From Eledone cirrhosa (Eukaryota), in the NCBI GenBank assembly GCA_964016885.1, contig OZ024741.1:52266001-52330000 (forward strand): 64,000 nt of DNA, written 5' to 3'. A program made the position numbers and the translations under genes. The notes under the pieces are model-generated. The model was given only the letters and a program-made list of their open reading frames with translations. It was not told the origin of the DNA and ran no database searches. Shown here piece after piece: positions 40,673 through 55,961 of this stretch. Numbering within the stretch: position 1 is the stretch's first letter; every line of letters begins with the position of its first letter.

Positions 40673-42518
40673 ATGTTAAACGAAGCTAACGAAAATAGTT
40701 GTGGGGGGGGGGGGGGGGGGGGGACAGCGGTAAGAGTTGTAAGCTCGCACGCTTTAGTCCCCCCTTCCTTCCCAACTAACGTCATAGAGAAGGAAAGAAA
40801 AAATAAAATAAAAACAGACGAATGTGCGGAGAAAAATGTCGACGAAAACACAAATCTGGAGATTGATTCCAACAACAAAAAAATATGAAAGAATTGCATG
40901 ACAATATTAATACCACAAACAAAGAAACAACAAACACAAAAGTAACATTTGAAAACAACAACATCATAACAGAAAGCAAAACAGACGACAAAGTCAACAC
41001 CAATAACATCTCATTTGCACAAACAACAAAAACATCTTTAACATACATACCTGAAAATATTTCATATGTGGCACAAATAATAAAAAACGCCAAACAATTC
41101 ATAACTCAGGGGGGAAATGGAGCCTTGTCAGTAAAAATGCCCCGAAAACTCACCAAAATTATTGAAAGTTGGACGGTCGTTTTCCGCACCATCAACAACA
41201 TCTCAAAAAAGCCACAACAACCAACACAAGCAGAAATTAAAGCGGTACTTAGAGAAGTACTTAATGAAGCCACTTTCATAAGAAGAGACAGGCTCTATGG
41301 AAGCCTGTCCATTATTATGAAGAACGAATCGGCGGCGAAAAAATATGCTTTGTCGCCGATTCGTTCGACAAAGTTTACCTTTTATCCATCTTATATGGGT
41401 AAAAGAACTCAGCGCATTTGGCTGGATGCGATGATGCCAGATATGGACTACTTCTGGCTCATAGCTGGCTTCATCGATCCAGCGAATGACAACGTGATTT
41501 CCATTGGGAAAACCACAGGCAATGCGTTCAGTGGAACAGGTATAGCACTTGTAGTGCAAATGAAGCCTGAACGCATTGCCCAAATACCCGACAGAATCCT
41601 ATTAGAGGGCCACGGGTATATAAACATTAGCGTGGAGGGGAGAAGGCCGTCCTGTCATATCTGTGCAGGCAGAGGGCACCTGAAGGCGGCTTGTCCCCAG
41701 CTCCACCACCACCACCACAACAGATAAACAAACAACAAAACTCAGTCCCACCCAACCCGTCCCTCAGTAAAACTACACCACCACCACAGCACAAACAGAC
41801 ACAACACATTACCCCAAAACAAAACACAGTCCCACCCAACCCCTCACTCAATAAAACAACACAACCACCGCAGCAACAACACACAACACAGTCTAACATA
41901 GTGACATCCATCTCCCCAACAAAGAAAACTAACACGGAAACATTACCAGCAAACATACCTCTTCCCTCCAACACTGAAGATAACCCAACGAATTCGGAGG
42001 AAGAAACGGAGTCCTTCAGACAGATTAAAAGGAAAAAAAGAAAACATGTGCAAAACACACAAAGCCAAACAGCCCCTACCCAAATGTCAACACAATCCAA
42101 CAAAACACAAAACACCCCTCCAGCAACAAACAAAACCAAACCTGCCCCTCCCCTCTTCGAAACACTCACACCATCCGAAAAAAAGACATTACACTATACT
42201 TACATCAACAGAAACAATAATAAATTAAATGAACTCATAAACAATAACCCTTCGGTACAAACCGAAGGGGTAAACTATGTTTCTTCAGAAAACTACCCAC
42301 ATTTAAATTTAATAAAGATCCCAATGAACCTCTACCAAAAACTAAAAAAGGATTTTAAGGAGGACGTAGGACCACCCTCTGTCAAACCCACAAACCGCGC
42401 CCTCCTAAAAATCTATCCCTCTCCCCTTCCCCTCCCCAACACAACTCCAATCACCCCTCTCTACACTCTCTTTTGGCTTTGCCGCCCACATGGATGTGTT
42501 AAGAGTAAGATGTTTTAA
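40673..42518 (+). pseudogene. Tx1 ORF1 (gag-like, single CCHC zinc knuckle), frameshifted
   Basis: GRRPSCHICAGRGHLKAAC; C-terminus homologous to 36270-36480 of copy A. Confidence 0.8.
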
Positions 42519-45500
42519 TGCACGTGGCCTGGGCTCAACTTGGAAGCAAGCAAAGCTTCTAAATGACCTCAGGTCACGTGGTATGGTAATGGTTATCTGT
42601 GAGACTCGGATCAGCGTCGTGCGGCAGCTGGCCCCTACCTTCGATGACTTTGAGGTGTACGCATCTCTCTGTCAACCTGGGGGTGGGGTTGTCGTACTGC
42701 TGGAAAAACACCTGGGTCTCGCCGTACAGGTTGTTCACTCGGACCCGGAAGGTCGTTTGTTGGTGCTAGACGTTGGCAGTAGTGGAGGTGCGGCCTTGAG
42801 ACTGGTCGCCGTCTACTCCCCTTTCGGAGCTGAACGACCCGATTTCTTCCAGCATTTGGAGACTTTTCTGGGAACGTCGCGTTCCCTGCTTCTAGCGGGG
42901 GACTGGAATGACATCCTAGATGCACGTTGGGACTATGCAGGAGCATGTCCTAATAGAGGGGGGTGTAACAGCCTCAAGGGGTTACTCGACCGTTTTAACT
43001 TGGTCGATAGATATCGACTAGATTTTCCAACTGTGCCAACCTGGACTTGGACGAACCACAGTGGTCAATCTAGATCGTACTTAGATAGATTCTTAGTTAG
43101 AAGTAAGGATAGGGACATATTAAGCTGTCCAGAAATGCTCACGGTTGGCTATACAGATCACAAATTAGTGACCTGCGTAGTCAACCTCGAGAGAACACAT
43201 AGACAGGGTCCCGGTTACTGGAAACTTAATTTGTCTTTACCGGCAAAATAGGCTTACAGAGACCGGATTAGCAGATTAGTTAAGGAGAGGTTGACGGGTG
43301 CAATCGTCAACAACCGATGGTGGGCATCTCTCAAAAGAGAGATTAGAACAGAATGAATAAGTTATAGCAAGATGTTAGCTGCCGATAGTAATAGGAACGA
43401 GAAAGAATTAACAGGTAAATTAGAAGAGGCAATCAAGAGCGAAGATGTGGCCAGAGTGCTGGCATCGAGGACGGCCTTGAGCCAGTTTTTCGATGCAAAG
43501 CACGATGGCTGCGTCATTCGAAGTAAAATACGTGCTCTAGGTAATGAGGGGGCCAAAGCCGTTGGCTGGGCCCGCGTGACAGAAGCTAAGAGTGGAAATC
43601 GATCCACCATCCGGTCTTTGCAAGACGAGGATGGACGGGTGATCCGGGAGCCTAAGCAGATGAGCGAGGCCTTTCAAAGGCACTTTGCCCGATTGTTCGG
43701 GGAGGCGAGGGTCCGGGCGGGGACGTGGATTTCGGTCCATACCTCGACGGCCTGCCGCGTCTCTCAAGCGAAGAGGCAGAGTCCTGCGAGGAACCAATCT
43801 CGGCTGATGAGATCGGGGATGCGCTGAGCCAATGCAGACGCAAATCTCCGGGTCTCGATGGTATACCTTACGAACTTTATTTAGCAATGTCGGTCTTCTT
43901 CTCCGAACTCCTCGAAGCAGTCTACTGCAATTGGCAGCAGAACGGGAGAATTCCTTGTTCTGTAGCCAAGGGCGTAGTCTCGCTGGTGAGGAAGGACGAG
44001 AACAAGGGGGATAGTATAAATAATTTTCGGCCCATAACCCTGCTAAACACAGAATTAAAGATTTTGGCCAAGGTGTTAGCAAAGAGGTTGGCGCTTGTCG
44101 TGGGTGGCCTGGTGGGAGATGCGCAGACATGTGCTATCCCATCCAGGTCCATTCACGACAACCTCCACCTCATGCGATACATCATAGAGAGGGTTGGCAA
44201 CAAACCCGGCTTCGGTGGGGCCCTGATCAACTTGGATCAGTCTAAGGCGTTCGATAGGGTCGCTCCTGTTTTCAGAGGCTGGATCACTGCCTTACATAGC
44301 AACCACATCTGTTCTAGGATCAAGGTGAACGGCTACCTTTCGAAGCCGTTCGAAATCACGCGATCCATTCGACAGGGGTGCCCTCTCTCCTTCCTTCTGT
44401 ACGTATTGACTCTCGAGCCTTTACTGAGGAAGTTGGAGTTGTTGCAGGGTATCCCCCTGGAACCAGGATTGAGCAAAGCGGTGTCGGCCTACGCCGATGA
44501 TGTAACAGTAATGGTATCGACCGACTCGGAGATCGAGGCGATCGGTACCTTACTGGAGGAATACGAAAGGTTGTCAGGAGCGAAACTGAACCGGGAAAAA
44601 TCCATCGGGCTGCAACTTGGAACGTGGAGAGGCAGACCGATGCCTCCCGACGGTGTTGTCGGACACTGGACGGAGGGCCCGGTGAAGTTGCTTGGGGTCT
44701 GGTTTGGACCGGACCTCCAGGTGGAAAAGAACTGGGGCGAGGTTACGAACAAGGTGTTTGCACTGACCCAGAAATGGGCCAAGTGTAAGCTGTCCCTGAA
44801 AGGTCGGGCGGAGGTGGCGAACATTTACATAGCGTCCGTCACCTACTACCGCCTGACTGTCGTGCCTTGCCCTAAGGAAACACTCACCACCATGGAACGC
44901 ATGCTCTTTCAATTTCTTTGGAAGAAGCGCCCTCCTATGGTGAGAAGATCCATCTGCTGCCAACAACCTTCGAAATGAGGGCTGGGGATGCCGTAGTTGA
45001 TGATGCGTAGGCAGGCATTAAGGCTACGGCACCTACAGGTATTCCTCACTGGTCAACCGGTGTGGGCTCCGTTCGTGAGACGAGCCTTTCCGAGACTCGT
45101 CTCGCTCACCGAGCTGCAGTCCTGGGTCAAGCAAAGATCCGGAAAACTGGGCGACTAGCACACTGAGTGTGCCCAGGCGCTCAGGGCTCTCTGGCAAGCG
45201 GACCCAGCCATCGGTAGAGAATCCACCTCGTCATTCTATAGAGGGCTGGTGGCTAGCAGGGGCGATGACAGCCTTGGAGAGTCGCTGGACATGGAAGAGG
45301 ACGAACTGGCCAGCCTGTTCGGTAGGACTTTCGGCCCGGGACCAATGGACAACTTCCAGAAATCGCTGGCCTGGCAGTGCTACCGGGGGGCTCTACCCGT
45401 TCGAGAAAAGCTCTACAGACACGGGCGCCCGGGCAGGGATCCCTCGAAAAAGATTTGCCCTAGATGCATGCGTCACGAAGAAACCGTTGCGCACGCATTG

Positions 45501-45871
45501 GTGCACTGTCCGGGCGTGGCTGATCTGTGGGGCTACGCCGAACGACGGCTGTCGCGGGTGGCGCCGATTCGATTGACCGCCGAGAACATGATGACAATCA
45601 AGCCGCCTCCCCTCTTCACAAAGGAAGCAAAGGCGGTTTTTTGTGCGTAATAGCCATGTTGAAAGAGGTTGTTTGGTGGACACGATTGAAAGGTCTGAGG
45701 TCAGGCAACTTCCTCTCTGGCCATAGTCTGGTCTACTTCTTCCGATATCACTTCGGAAGAAGGATAAGAATGGAGAGAGAGGTGCTTAGCCACAGGCAGT
45801 TTTATGAAAGGTGGGTGATAGTGGCGAGAATGGCTCGTGTAAATGGGCCTTCTCTGTATACCATCCTGTAG
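42490..45871 (+). pseudogene. Tx1 ORF2 (APE endonuclease, RT, zinc-binding C-terminus), with stops/frameshifts and a ~45 bp deletion after KAFDRV
   Basis: FNARGL, GDWN, SYLDRF, TDHK, KSPGLDG, AYADD, CPRCMRHEETVAHALVHC. Confidence 0.92.
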
Positions 45872-46216
45872 GTAAAGAAGTGAAGGAGAGGGGAGCACCT
45901 TCTCCATGTGCTCCCCGGGAAAAGGATTGCACACTTTTTCGGGGGTGTGTGCAACCCCCATCATGTCCCCTCCCTTTTGAGGTTGTTTTTGATTATTTTC
46001 ATTTTATACCCTTTTTACTGGGTTTTATGTAAACTCCCCCTTTGTATTTGTCCCTTCTTTTTATACCTTTATGGTAAATAAAGAAATATATCTATCTATC
46101 TATCTATTTATGTGGATGAGGAGATAATGAGACTGAATGAAGTGGAGTGAGAGAAGGAGGAAGGGGAAGTTTAGGAGGAGATGAAGATTGAGATGACGGA
46201 GGAGAAAATAAAATAA

Positions 46217-46326
46217 TTGTTTCTACTTTTGGCACAAGGCCAGCAATAACCCAGTACATTACTGGTACTTTATTTTATCGACCCCGTAAGGATGAAAGGC
46301 AAAGTTAACCTCGGCGGGATTTGAAA
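46217..46326 (-). mobile_element. SINE family 1 partial copy
   Basis: Reverse complement of core and tail. Confidence 0.8.
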
Positions 46327-46399
46327 ACAGACCATAAATAAGTAATAACTCACCCTGGAGAAATAAAATAATGCCAGCATCATCATCATATACATGATT

Positions 46400-47245
<846 letters not shown>

Positions 47246-47809
47246 TACAGCCTAATAAACGATCGAAGACAAGAAGGAGAAAAAGAAGGGAACGCCAGAC
47301 GACATTAAAAGAGAAAAGAATGAAATGTCAACCACAACAACAGCAACAACAAGGTCTACATCATCATCAACAATAACAACAACAAAATGAACATTTACAT
47401 CATCATCACCATCATCGACATCAACGCCATCACCATCATCATCATCCTCATCGTCATCATCGTCACCATCATCATCATCATCGTCACCATCATCATCAAT
47501 ATTGTCATCGTCATCGTCATCAGCCAACCAACTAATCAACAACCCTGGACAACAACAACAGCAATAACGAAACCAACGTTTACATTACCATCATCATCAA
47601 CATTGTTATCATAATCATCGTCAACCAACTAATTAGTCAACTAAACACCAACCTTGGACGACAACAACAGAATCGCCATTTACATCATCATCATCATCAT
47701 CATCATCATCAACGTCATCTAACCAGCCAGCCAACGACAACACAACAATAACCAACAATAACATTTACATCATCATCGTCGTCATTATCATTGTCGTCAT
47801 CATTGTAAT

Positions 47810-49700
47810 CCAACTAGCTAACCACCCACCCAACCAACCACCCACAAAACACCCAACCAACCACCCAACCAACCACCCACAAAACACACAACCAACCACC
47901 CACAAAACAATCAACCACACACCCAACCACCCAACCACCAAAACACCCAACCACACACCCAACCACCCAACACCCCAACCAACCACCCATCCAACCAGCC
48001 AACCAACCACCCAGCCAACCAATCAACCACCCACCCAACCAACCAACCAACCAACCAACCACCCAACCACCCAACCACCCAACCAGCCAACCAGCCAACC
48101 ACCCAACCAGCCAACCAACCACCCAGGCGGCCAGCCAAAAACCACCCAGCCAAACACCCAACCACCCATCCAACCAACCAACAAACCACCCAACCAGCCA
48201 ACCATCCAGCCAACCACCCACCCAACCAGCCAACCAATCATCCAACCAGCCAACCAATCATCCAACCAGCTAAACAACTACACACCCAACCAGCCAACAA
48301 CCCAACCATCCACCCAACCAGCCAACCAATCAACCAGCCACCCACCCAATCAACTAGCCAACCACCCACATAACCACCCACCCAACCAACCAGCCAACCA
48401 GCAACCACTCAACCAACCAGCCAACCAGCCAACCACCCAATCAGCCAACCAGCCAACCATCCAACCACCCAACCAACCAGCCAGTCAACCAGCCAAGCAG
48501 CCAACAAACCACCTAACCAACCAACCAACCATCCAACCACCCAACCAACAAGCCACCCAAACAACCAGACAACCAACCATCCAACCACCCAACCACCGAA
48601 CCAACCAACCAACCAACCAATCAACCAACCATCCAACCAACCAACCATCCAACCAACCAACCATCCAAACAACCAACCAGCTAGGCAACCAACCAACCAC
48701 CCAACCAACCAGCCAACCAACCAACCAACCAACCAACCAACCAACCAACCAGGCAACCAAACATCCAACCAACCACCCAACCAGCCATCCAACCAACCAA
48801 CCAACCAATCAACCAGCCAACTAACCAGGCAACCAACCATCCAACCAGGCAACAAACCAGCCATCCAACCAACCAACCATCCAACCATCCAACCACCCAA
48901 CCAACCACCCACCCAGCCAACCAACCAGCCAACCAAACCAACCAACCAACCAACCAACCAGACAGGCAACCAACCAACCAACCAACCAACCAACCAACAA
49001 ACCAACCAACCAACCAAACACCCAACCAACCAACCAACCAACCAACCAACCAACCAACCAACCAACCAACCAACCAACCAACCATCCAACCAACCAACCA
49101 GGCAACCAACCAACCATCCAAACAACCAACCAGCTAGGCAACCAACCAACCACCCAACCAACCAGCCAACCAACCAACCAACCAACCAACCAACCAGGCA
49201 ACCAAACATCCAACCAACCACCCAACCAGCCATCCAACCAACCAACCAACCAATCAACCAGCCAACTAACCAGGCAACCAACCATCCAACCAGGCAACAA
49301 ACCAGCCATCCAACCAACCAACCATCCAACCATCCAACCACCCAACCAACCACCCACCCAGCCAACCAACCAGCCAACCAAACCAACCAACCAACCAACC
49401 AACCAGACAGGCAACCAACCAACCAACCAACCAACCAACCAACCAAACACCCAACCAACCAACCAACCAACCAACCAACCAACCAACCAACCAACCAACC
49501 AACCAACCAACCAACCAACCAACCAACCAACCAACCAACCATCCAACCATCCAACCATCCAACCACCCACCCACCCAAACAACCAACCAACCAACCAGCC
49601 AGGCAACCAACCAACCAACCAGCCAACCAACCAACCAACCAACCAACCAACCAACCGGCCAGCCAACCAATCAACCAACCAGCCAACTAACCAACCAGCA
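47810..49700. repeat. (CCAA)n-derived satellite with ~450 bp higher-order duplication
   Basis: Variant string catccaaacaaccaaccagctaggc recurs at ~48662 and ~49114. Confidence 0.9.
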
Positions 49701-49990
49701 ATCCAGGACAGCGGCAACAACAATAACAGAAACAAGAAAAGCTACAGTAAAAGTTAGTAGAAAGATAGAGAAAGGACACGTGTTAAATATTTATTAGGTG
49801 ATGACGTAATGAAGATGGGATCCACACATTTCTGACGTTTCACATTTGCTTAGTTTCATCTTCAGTCATCCAGACAATTCGTAATTATCGAAAGAAATAG
49901 TTTCTCCCTGTCGATGATTCTGTGAGAGAGATGAAGCATGTCTCCTATCTATGTGTGTGAATGCGTGTGTATGTATGTGTGTGTGTGCGT

Positions 49991-50037
<47 letters not shown>

Positions 50038-51651
50038 CGTGTGTATGTGGGTCTGTGTGTGTATGTCTGTAATATGTGTGAGTATGTATGTGTGCGTGTA
50101 TGTGTGTGTATGTGTGTGTATGTGTGTGTATGTGTGTGTATGTGTGTGTGTATGTATGTGTGTGCGTGTGTGTGTGTGTGTGTGATTCTCTGTGTCTGTA
50201 TGTGTATGTGTGTGTGCGTGTGTGTGTCTGCGTATGTGTGTTGTGTATGTGTGTGTGTTATGTATGTGTATGTGTGTCTCTGTGATTCTGTGTGTGTGTG
50301 TCTATGTGTTTGTATGTGTATGTGTATGTGTGTGTGTGTGTGTATGTGTGTGTGATTCTGTGTGTGTGTGTGTGTATGTGTATTTCTGTGTATGTGTGTG
50401 TGTGTTGTGTGTGTATGTGTCTGTGTGTGTGTGCATGTGCGTATGTGTCTGTGTGTGTGTATGATTCTGTGTGTGTTCTGTGTGTATGTGTATGCGTATG
50501 TGTGTGTGTATGTGTGTGTGTGAACTTTATTGTTTTTTGTCTTCCAGCTTTCTTTCCCTCTCCTGGTGTAAATATTGTGATAGTAGCTTTGGTGTTTTTG
50601 AGTGTGTGCGTATGATTGTGCGTGTGTACGTTCGTTAGGATACGTGTTGTGTATGTGTCTGTTTTCGCGCATGGGAGTTATATTTTTTTGCCTATGTCTT
50701 CTTCTATCTTCCATGGTGTAAATTTTACTGGGGATTATCTCTTGTAATGGTCTGGTGGCGGTGGTGATCGAGATGGTGGTGGTGGTAGTGGTAGTGGTGG
50801 TGGTGGTGGTACTGGTGGTGATGGTAGTGGTGGTGGTAGTGGTGGTTGTGGTATTGTTGGTGGTAGTGGTGGTGTTAGTGGTGGTGGTGGTGATGGTGGT
50901 GGTGGTTGTGGTGGTGGTGGTGGTGGTGGTGGTGTGTGTGTGTGTGTGTGTGTGCGTGTGTGCGCGCGTGTGTGTGTGCGTGTGAGTATGTCTGAATATG
51001 TGAGTATTTGTGTGTGTGTTTGTGCATGTGTGTCTGGGTTTGTGTGTGTATGTGTGCTTTTGTGTGTGAATGTATATGTGTATGTGTGCATTTGAGTGTG
51101 TCTATGTATGTGCATGTGTACGTTTATGTGTGTTTTCGTGTGTCTGTATGTGTGTATTTGTGTGTGTGTGTGTATGAGTGCGTGGACGTATGTGTTTATG
51201 TGTAACTGTCTGAGTTTGTATGTGTGTGTTTGTGCGCGTGCCTGGGTGTGTGTTTGTGCTTGTATGTCTGAATGTGTATCTGAGTGTGTATGTATGTGAG
51301 TACGTGACGTGTGTCTGGGTGTGTATATATGTGTGTGTATTCTGCAACATGGTGGCTGGAAAATTATTTTGTGAGTAATTGTCACATGGTAGTGGTAGTG
51401 GTGGTGATGACAGTGACGGTTGCTGTGATGTTAGCAATGATTGTAGTGTTGATGCTGGTTGTTGTGGCAGTGTTTATGGCTATTGTTATGACAATGGTGG
51501 TGATATGATGTTAGCGGTGTTTGTAGTGTTGGTGTTGGTTGAAATGGTAGAAGATCTGTCAACTCTCTTCGTGCGACGGGGAGATCTCCTACCCACTTTA
51601 GGGTGGGCGAGAGATGTCTTTTCTTGTGAAAATAGGATTGGTTTTCATTAT

Positions 51652-51830
51652 GTATTGGCAGTATCGGTAGAGGGTCGGACGCCATGCTTTCCTGCCTAGT
51701 TACGTCCCTTTACGATCTGAGTTCAAATCCCGCCGAGGTTGACTTTGCCTTTTATCCTTACGGGGTCGATAAAATAAAGTACCAGTAATGCACTGGGTAA
51801 TTGCTGGCCTTGTGCCTAAAGTAGAAACAA
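51652..51830 (+). mobile_element. SINE family 1 copy
   Basis: Near-identical to 12660-12837. Confidence 0.88.
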
Positions 51831-52522
51831 TTATGTATAATCTCCCCATTTTGCCTTATTTCTTTGTTTTCAAGATACTCCCCGTTTGGGTTTTTAGAGG
51901 TTGGTAGATTTGTAGTAATGGTAGCAATTGTCGAGACAGTTGTAGAGGTTGTAGCGATTGTGTGACAGTGGTTGTGATGTTAGTGGTGTTTGTAGTGTTG
52001 GTGTTGGTTGTGAAGATGTTTCTGGGGGTTACACTAGTAATAGTGATGATTTTTGGTGTCGTTATTGTTGCCCAGGGCAATGGATTGATAAAGTGGTTAG
52101 AGATTCGGAAAATGTTTATATTTGTTCTGTCTCAATTCCAATCTGGCCGCGTTAACTTTGCTTTTCATCTTTCCAGGGTAGATAGAATAAAGTACCAGTT
52201 GAGTATTGGTGTTGACATAATTGACTTTCCCTTTTCCCACAAAATTTCTGGCCTCATGCTTATGTTATAACCCTGTTGCCGTTCTAGGTAGCGATTGTGA
52301 TACCAGTTTACCGTGGTGCTAATGGTATAAATGGGAATGATTATTATGGTATTAATGATAGTAATGGTGGAAGTGTTAGGCGGCTGGTGGACTTTGGTGC
52401 CTTTCTCTAATCTGGATTACAGCAAAAATCACGAGCGCTCTATCTCAAAATTATTTTTGAAAAGCATTAGAAATGCGCAACCGGTAACAACTTAAAACTA
52501 AAACTGAATACTAACTAATACT

Positions 52523-52610
52523 TTTTGCCTTTCATCCTTACGGGGTCGATAAAATAAAGTACCAGTAATGCACTGCGTATTTGCTGGCCTTGTGCCTAAA
52601 GTAGAAACAA
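52523..52610 (+). mobile_element. SINE family 1, 3' half (a more diverged copy lies at ~52075-52265)
   Basis: Core and tail match. Confidence 0.8.
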
Positions 52611-52686
52611 TTACTAATTTATACTTATTCCTAATTAAACTATTTTTCACTGGGAAAAATTTGTCAGCATTTTCTTTTCCTTCTAA

Positions 52687-52781
<95 letters not shown>

Positions 52782-53383
52782 ACTTGTCAGTTTGTCTTTA
52801 AGTGTATGTAAGGATATGTTTGTTCAAACCATCATTATATTTGCGCATGCAAGTCAAGTATTTATCGATATTATAGACAGATATACGGACAGACGGAGCA
52901 TAGCAGGTTAGATAATATTTCAATTAAGGTTTTCCTATTCAACCCCATTCGTAAAATGAACCGTCATTTAAATTTCTCCATAGATAATTTTTGTCGTTAA
53001 TCAAGAAATTTCGAAGCAATCTCGGAATTCTCAATCTGTTTGTTGAGTTTGAAAACATCTTTAATAGCATAATTTATATTTTCATTCAATTTATATATTC
53101 CATTTTCTTATTTCGGAATATTTTTTAAAAGAAAAGATATTGGCGGCGTATCGTCTGCTTCTACGTAATTTAGCTATTGAAATCATTATAAAAAATATAT
53201 ATATATAAATATAGGAATGCTTTAGAGTTATGTATGCATCCTGTAGTCAAGCCGAAATAACTTATTGCAGTAATAATGAGGTTCAAGATATGTTAACAAT
53301 AGCAATAACAACCACAATAATAACATCAACAACAACAAAAATAACGACAAAAAGAGCAGCAGCAGTAGTAGTAGTAGTAGTAA

Positions 53384-53602
53384 TTGTTTCTATTTTAGGC
53401 ACAAGGCCAGCAATTTTGAAGGGGAAGAGAATGTCGATTAAATCGACCCTTGTGCATTACTGCTGCTTTATTTTATCGACCCCGTAAGAATGAAAGGCAA
53501 AGCTAACCCTAACCTCGGCGGGAAGTGAACTCAGAACGTAAAGGGACGTGACTCTATTCCGTATAACATGTTGTCCGACGCTCTACCGATACTACCAATC
53601 TA
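53384..53602 (-). mobile_element. SINE family 1 copy
   Basis: Reverse complement of head, core and tail. Confidence 0.85.
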
Positions 53603-53606
53603 CAAT

Positions 53607-54575
53607 AATAATTTCTTTATTGGCCACAAGGGCCGAAACATAGAGGACAATAGAAAAAATAAGGACAGTGGGGATTTACAAAAAAGAAAAAAAAAACTTG
53701 TCAAAAGAAGATAACAGATAATAAACAATATAATTATAACAATAACAATTCCCCAAATAGCAGGGCGTACCACGCAGGCGATACATAGGAACACCACCAT
53801 TCCTAAACCACCTTAATCTCCAAGAGCACCGTAGGAGAGCACCCGTCTCCTCTCCATACAAGCGCATGATCAGAAATGGCCCATTAACTCGGACCATCCT
53901 CGATACATTCGACCACGTTTTAATAAATGTATTGGGTGGGTGGGTGGTGTGTATGTATAGGGGGTGAGTACTTCGCTCTCCACCCTCACCTACCTTTCCA
54001 AGTGTAACTTGAAAAAGTTGATGAGGGTTTGCTCGAAGAGGAAAGTGTCTGTCTTCACTCCTTTCAGCGACGTCCACCAGACAGCCTCTTTCGCTACAGA
54101 CATCAGGTAGAGAAAACTGCCACCCCCCTCTCCTGGGCGATTTTCATGATAGCCTCGGTCGATAGCCAATTCCGTCCTACACGCGATAATAGGTATTCGA
54201 CAAAAGCTCCACAAATCAGTAATGTACGGACACTGGAGGTGTACGCATCTCGGACAGGTCTATCTGACAGTACTTCTGTAGAGTTTGAACTGGCAATTAC
54301 AGAATCGTGATTTGGTACCTCTACCACTTGGATCAATTAAACAACTTTCGTTCCCTTGTTTCTTAGAACACGCGCCTTAGCTCTAACAATGCAACCTTCG
54401 TCTAACAATGCAAGTCCGATGCAATGCCACTCCTAAACTCCTCTTCTAATTGAGCTACTAACACCCCCTACTTTCTATTTTTTCTAATGCTACTTCTTTT
54501 CTAAAAGCTATTGATTCTACTCTAATCTCTCTTTTGAGAGCACCCCACCACCTGTTCTTGACCACTCCTCCATTA
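53607..54575 (-). mobile_element. Older, internally deleted Tx1-type LINE relic
   Basis: NRWWGALKREIR (post-APE linker) joined to LLSRVG..WWTSLKGVKTDTFL and the 3' UTR; RT absent. Confidence 0.8.
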
Positions 54576-54606
54576 ATCACACACAAACTGACACACACAC
54601 AAACTG

Positions 54607-54639
<33 letters not shown>

Positions 54640-54939
54640 GACACACACAAACCAGAATTTAAAATGAAAAATTTAAAGTTAAAACATCTTAAATCTAAGA
54701 TAGGACCGACTATCTCTCCGAACCTAGTACTCATACATCCACCACTCCACCGACAACAGTTCCCCTCACCAATTTCGAATCCTCTTCCCCCCTCCCCAGT
54801 TATATCCACACGAGAGTACTCGCTAGTCTCACCTATCTCTCACCGATGTTGTATAATAGCTTTCCCTTTTTTCCCTTTGTTTCCTTTCTCATTTTATCCT
54901 TTTATTCTTTCTTCCTCTTCTCTTCACATGTGTGTGTGT

Positions 54940-55021
<82 letters not shown>

Positions 55022-55221
55022 GTGTGCGTGTGTGTGCGTGTGTGTGTTTGAGAGGGTATGTATCTGTATGTGACGACTAAGTGGATTCCCTCTACCCGCA
55101 ACCACCGCTCCCCCTCACCTTTGCCATCAAGTTATAGCCACTGACTGACCTTCTCACCAAGTTAGCCGTAGCGCTGTGACCAGTCATTGTGATCCTATCA
55201 TACAAACCCATTAGCTATTTA

Positions 55222-55961
55222 CGGTGTCGCTGGCCAGTGTCCGCGGCGATGCTTTTACAGTCTTGTTCGCGAGGTACAGCCCCATTACCACCACGCCATA
55301 GATCCAGAACATATCACTCTCTCCTTCCCCCTCAAAACTCTTCTGTGATACCAGAGCCCTTACCTTTCCCCCCTTTTCCGTTTTTTATATATTTTCTTAT
55401 TTTACATTCTATTCTTTCTTCTCAATGTATTTTTCTATTTTTCTATTTATACACACATTAACTTACAAATATTTATTATATCACATGTAATCATGTAAAT
55501 ACAGTTTAATAGAAAAAGAAAAAAATGGAAATTGGTTTGAGAAGAATGTAAAATAGGGAAATATAAAGAAAAAAGAAAAATAACGGGAAGCTGGGGTAAT
55601 GACAAGGACACCCGTGTCACAGAAGAATGAGGAAGGGGGGATTATTGGGCCTAGGGTGCGGTGGTAGAAAAGCTGCGCCCTGCGGACGAGACTGCAAAAG
55701 CATTCCTGCGGACAATGGCCAGCGACACCCGCTGCAACAATCACCTCACCTGGCGGGTATCTTTCCTCAGACGGGCCGATGATAATAGCATATGCAAGTT
55801 GATTTCGTTATTCTTTTTAATTCTTGTTCATCTTTTTTTCTCCCCTTCTTTCTTCCTCTTTCTCGCCACCCAGTTTATCTTCTCCTCTGAGTTCCCTTAA
55901 ATTTCAGACGCTGTACTGACGAGTGCTAAAAAGATGTAACTAGCTGAAACTGCCTGCGCTC
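55222..55961. mobile_element. Diverged ~250 bp-arm palindrome followed by a decayed hammerhead (55907-55961 +)
   Basis: ggtgtcgctggcca..gcttttacagtc mirrored by gactgcaaaagc..tggccagcgacacc; gctgta-CTGACGA-gcta/tagc-GAAA-ctg-CC-tgcgc. Confidence 0.55.

Larger units (their letters stand above)
40437..46086 (+). mobile_element. Tx1/L1-type non-LTR retrotransposon copy B, apparently full length but disrupted
   Basis: 5' UTR, ORF1, overlapping ORF2, 3' UTR ending aataaagaaa then tatatctatctatc; (TATC)n on both sides. Confidence 0.93.
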
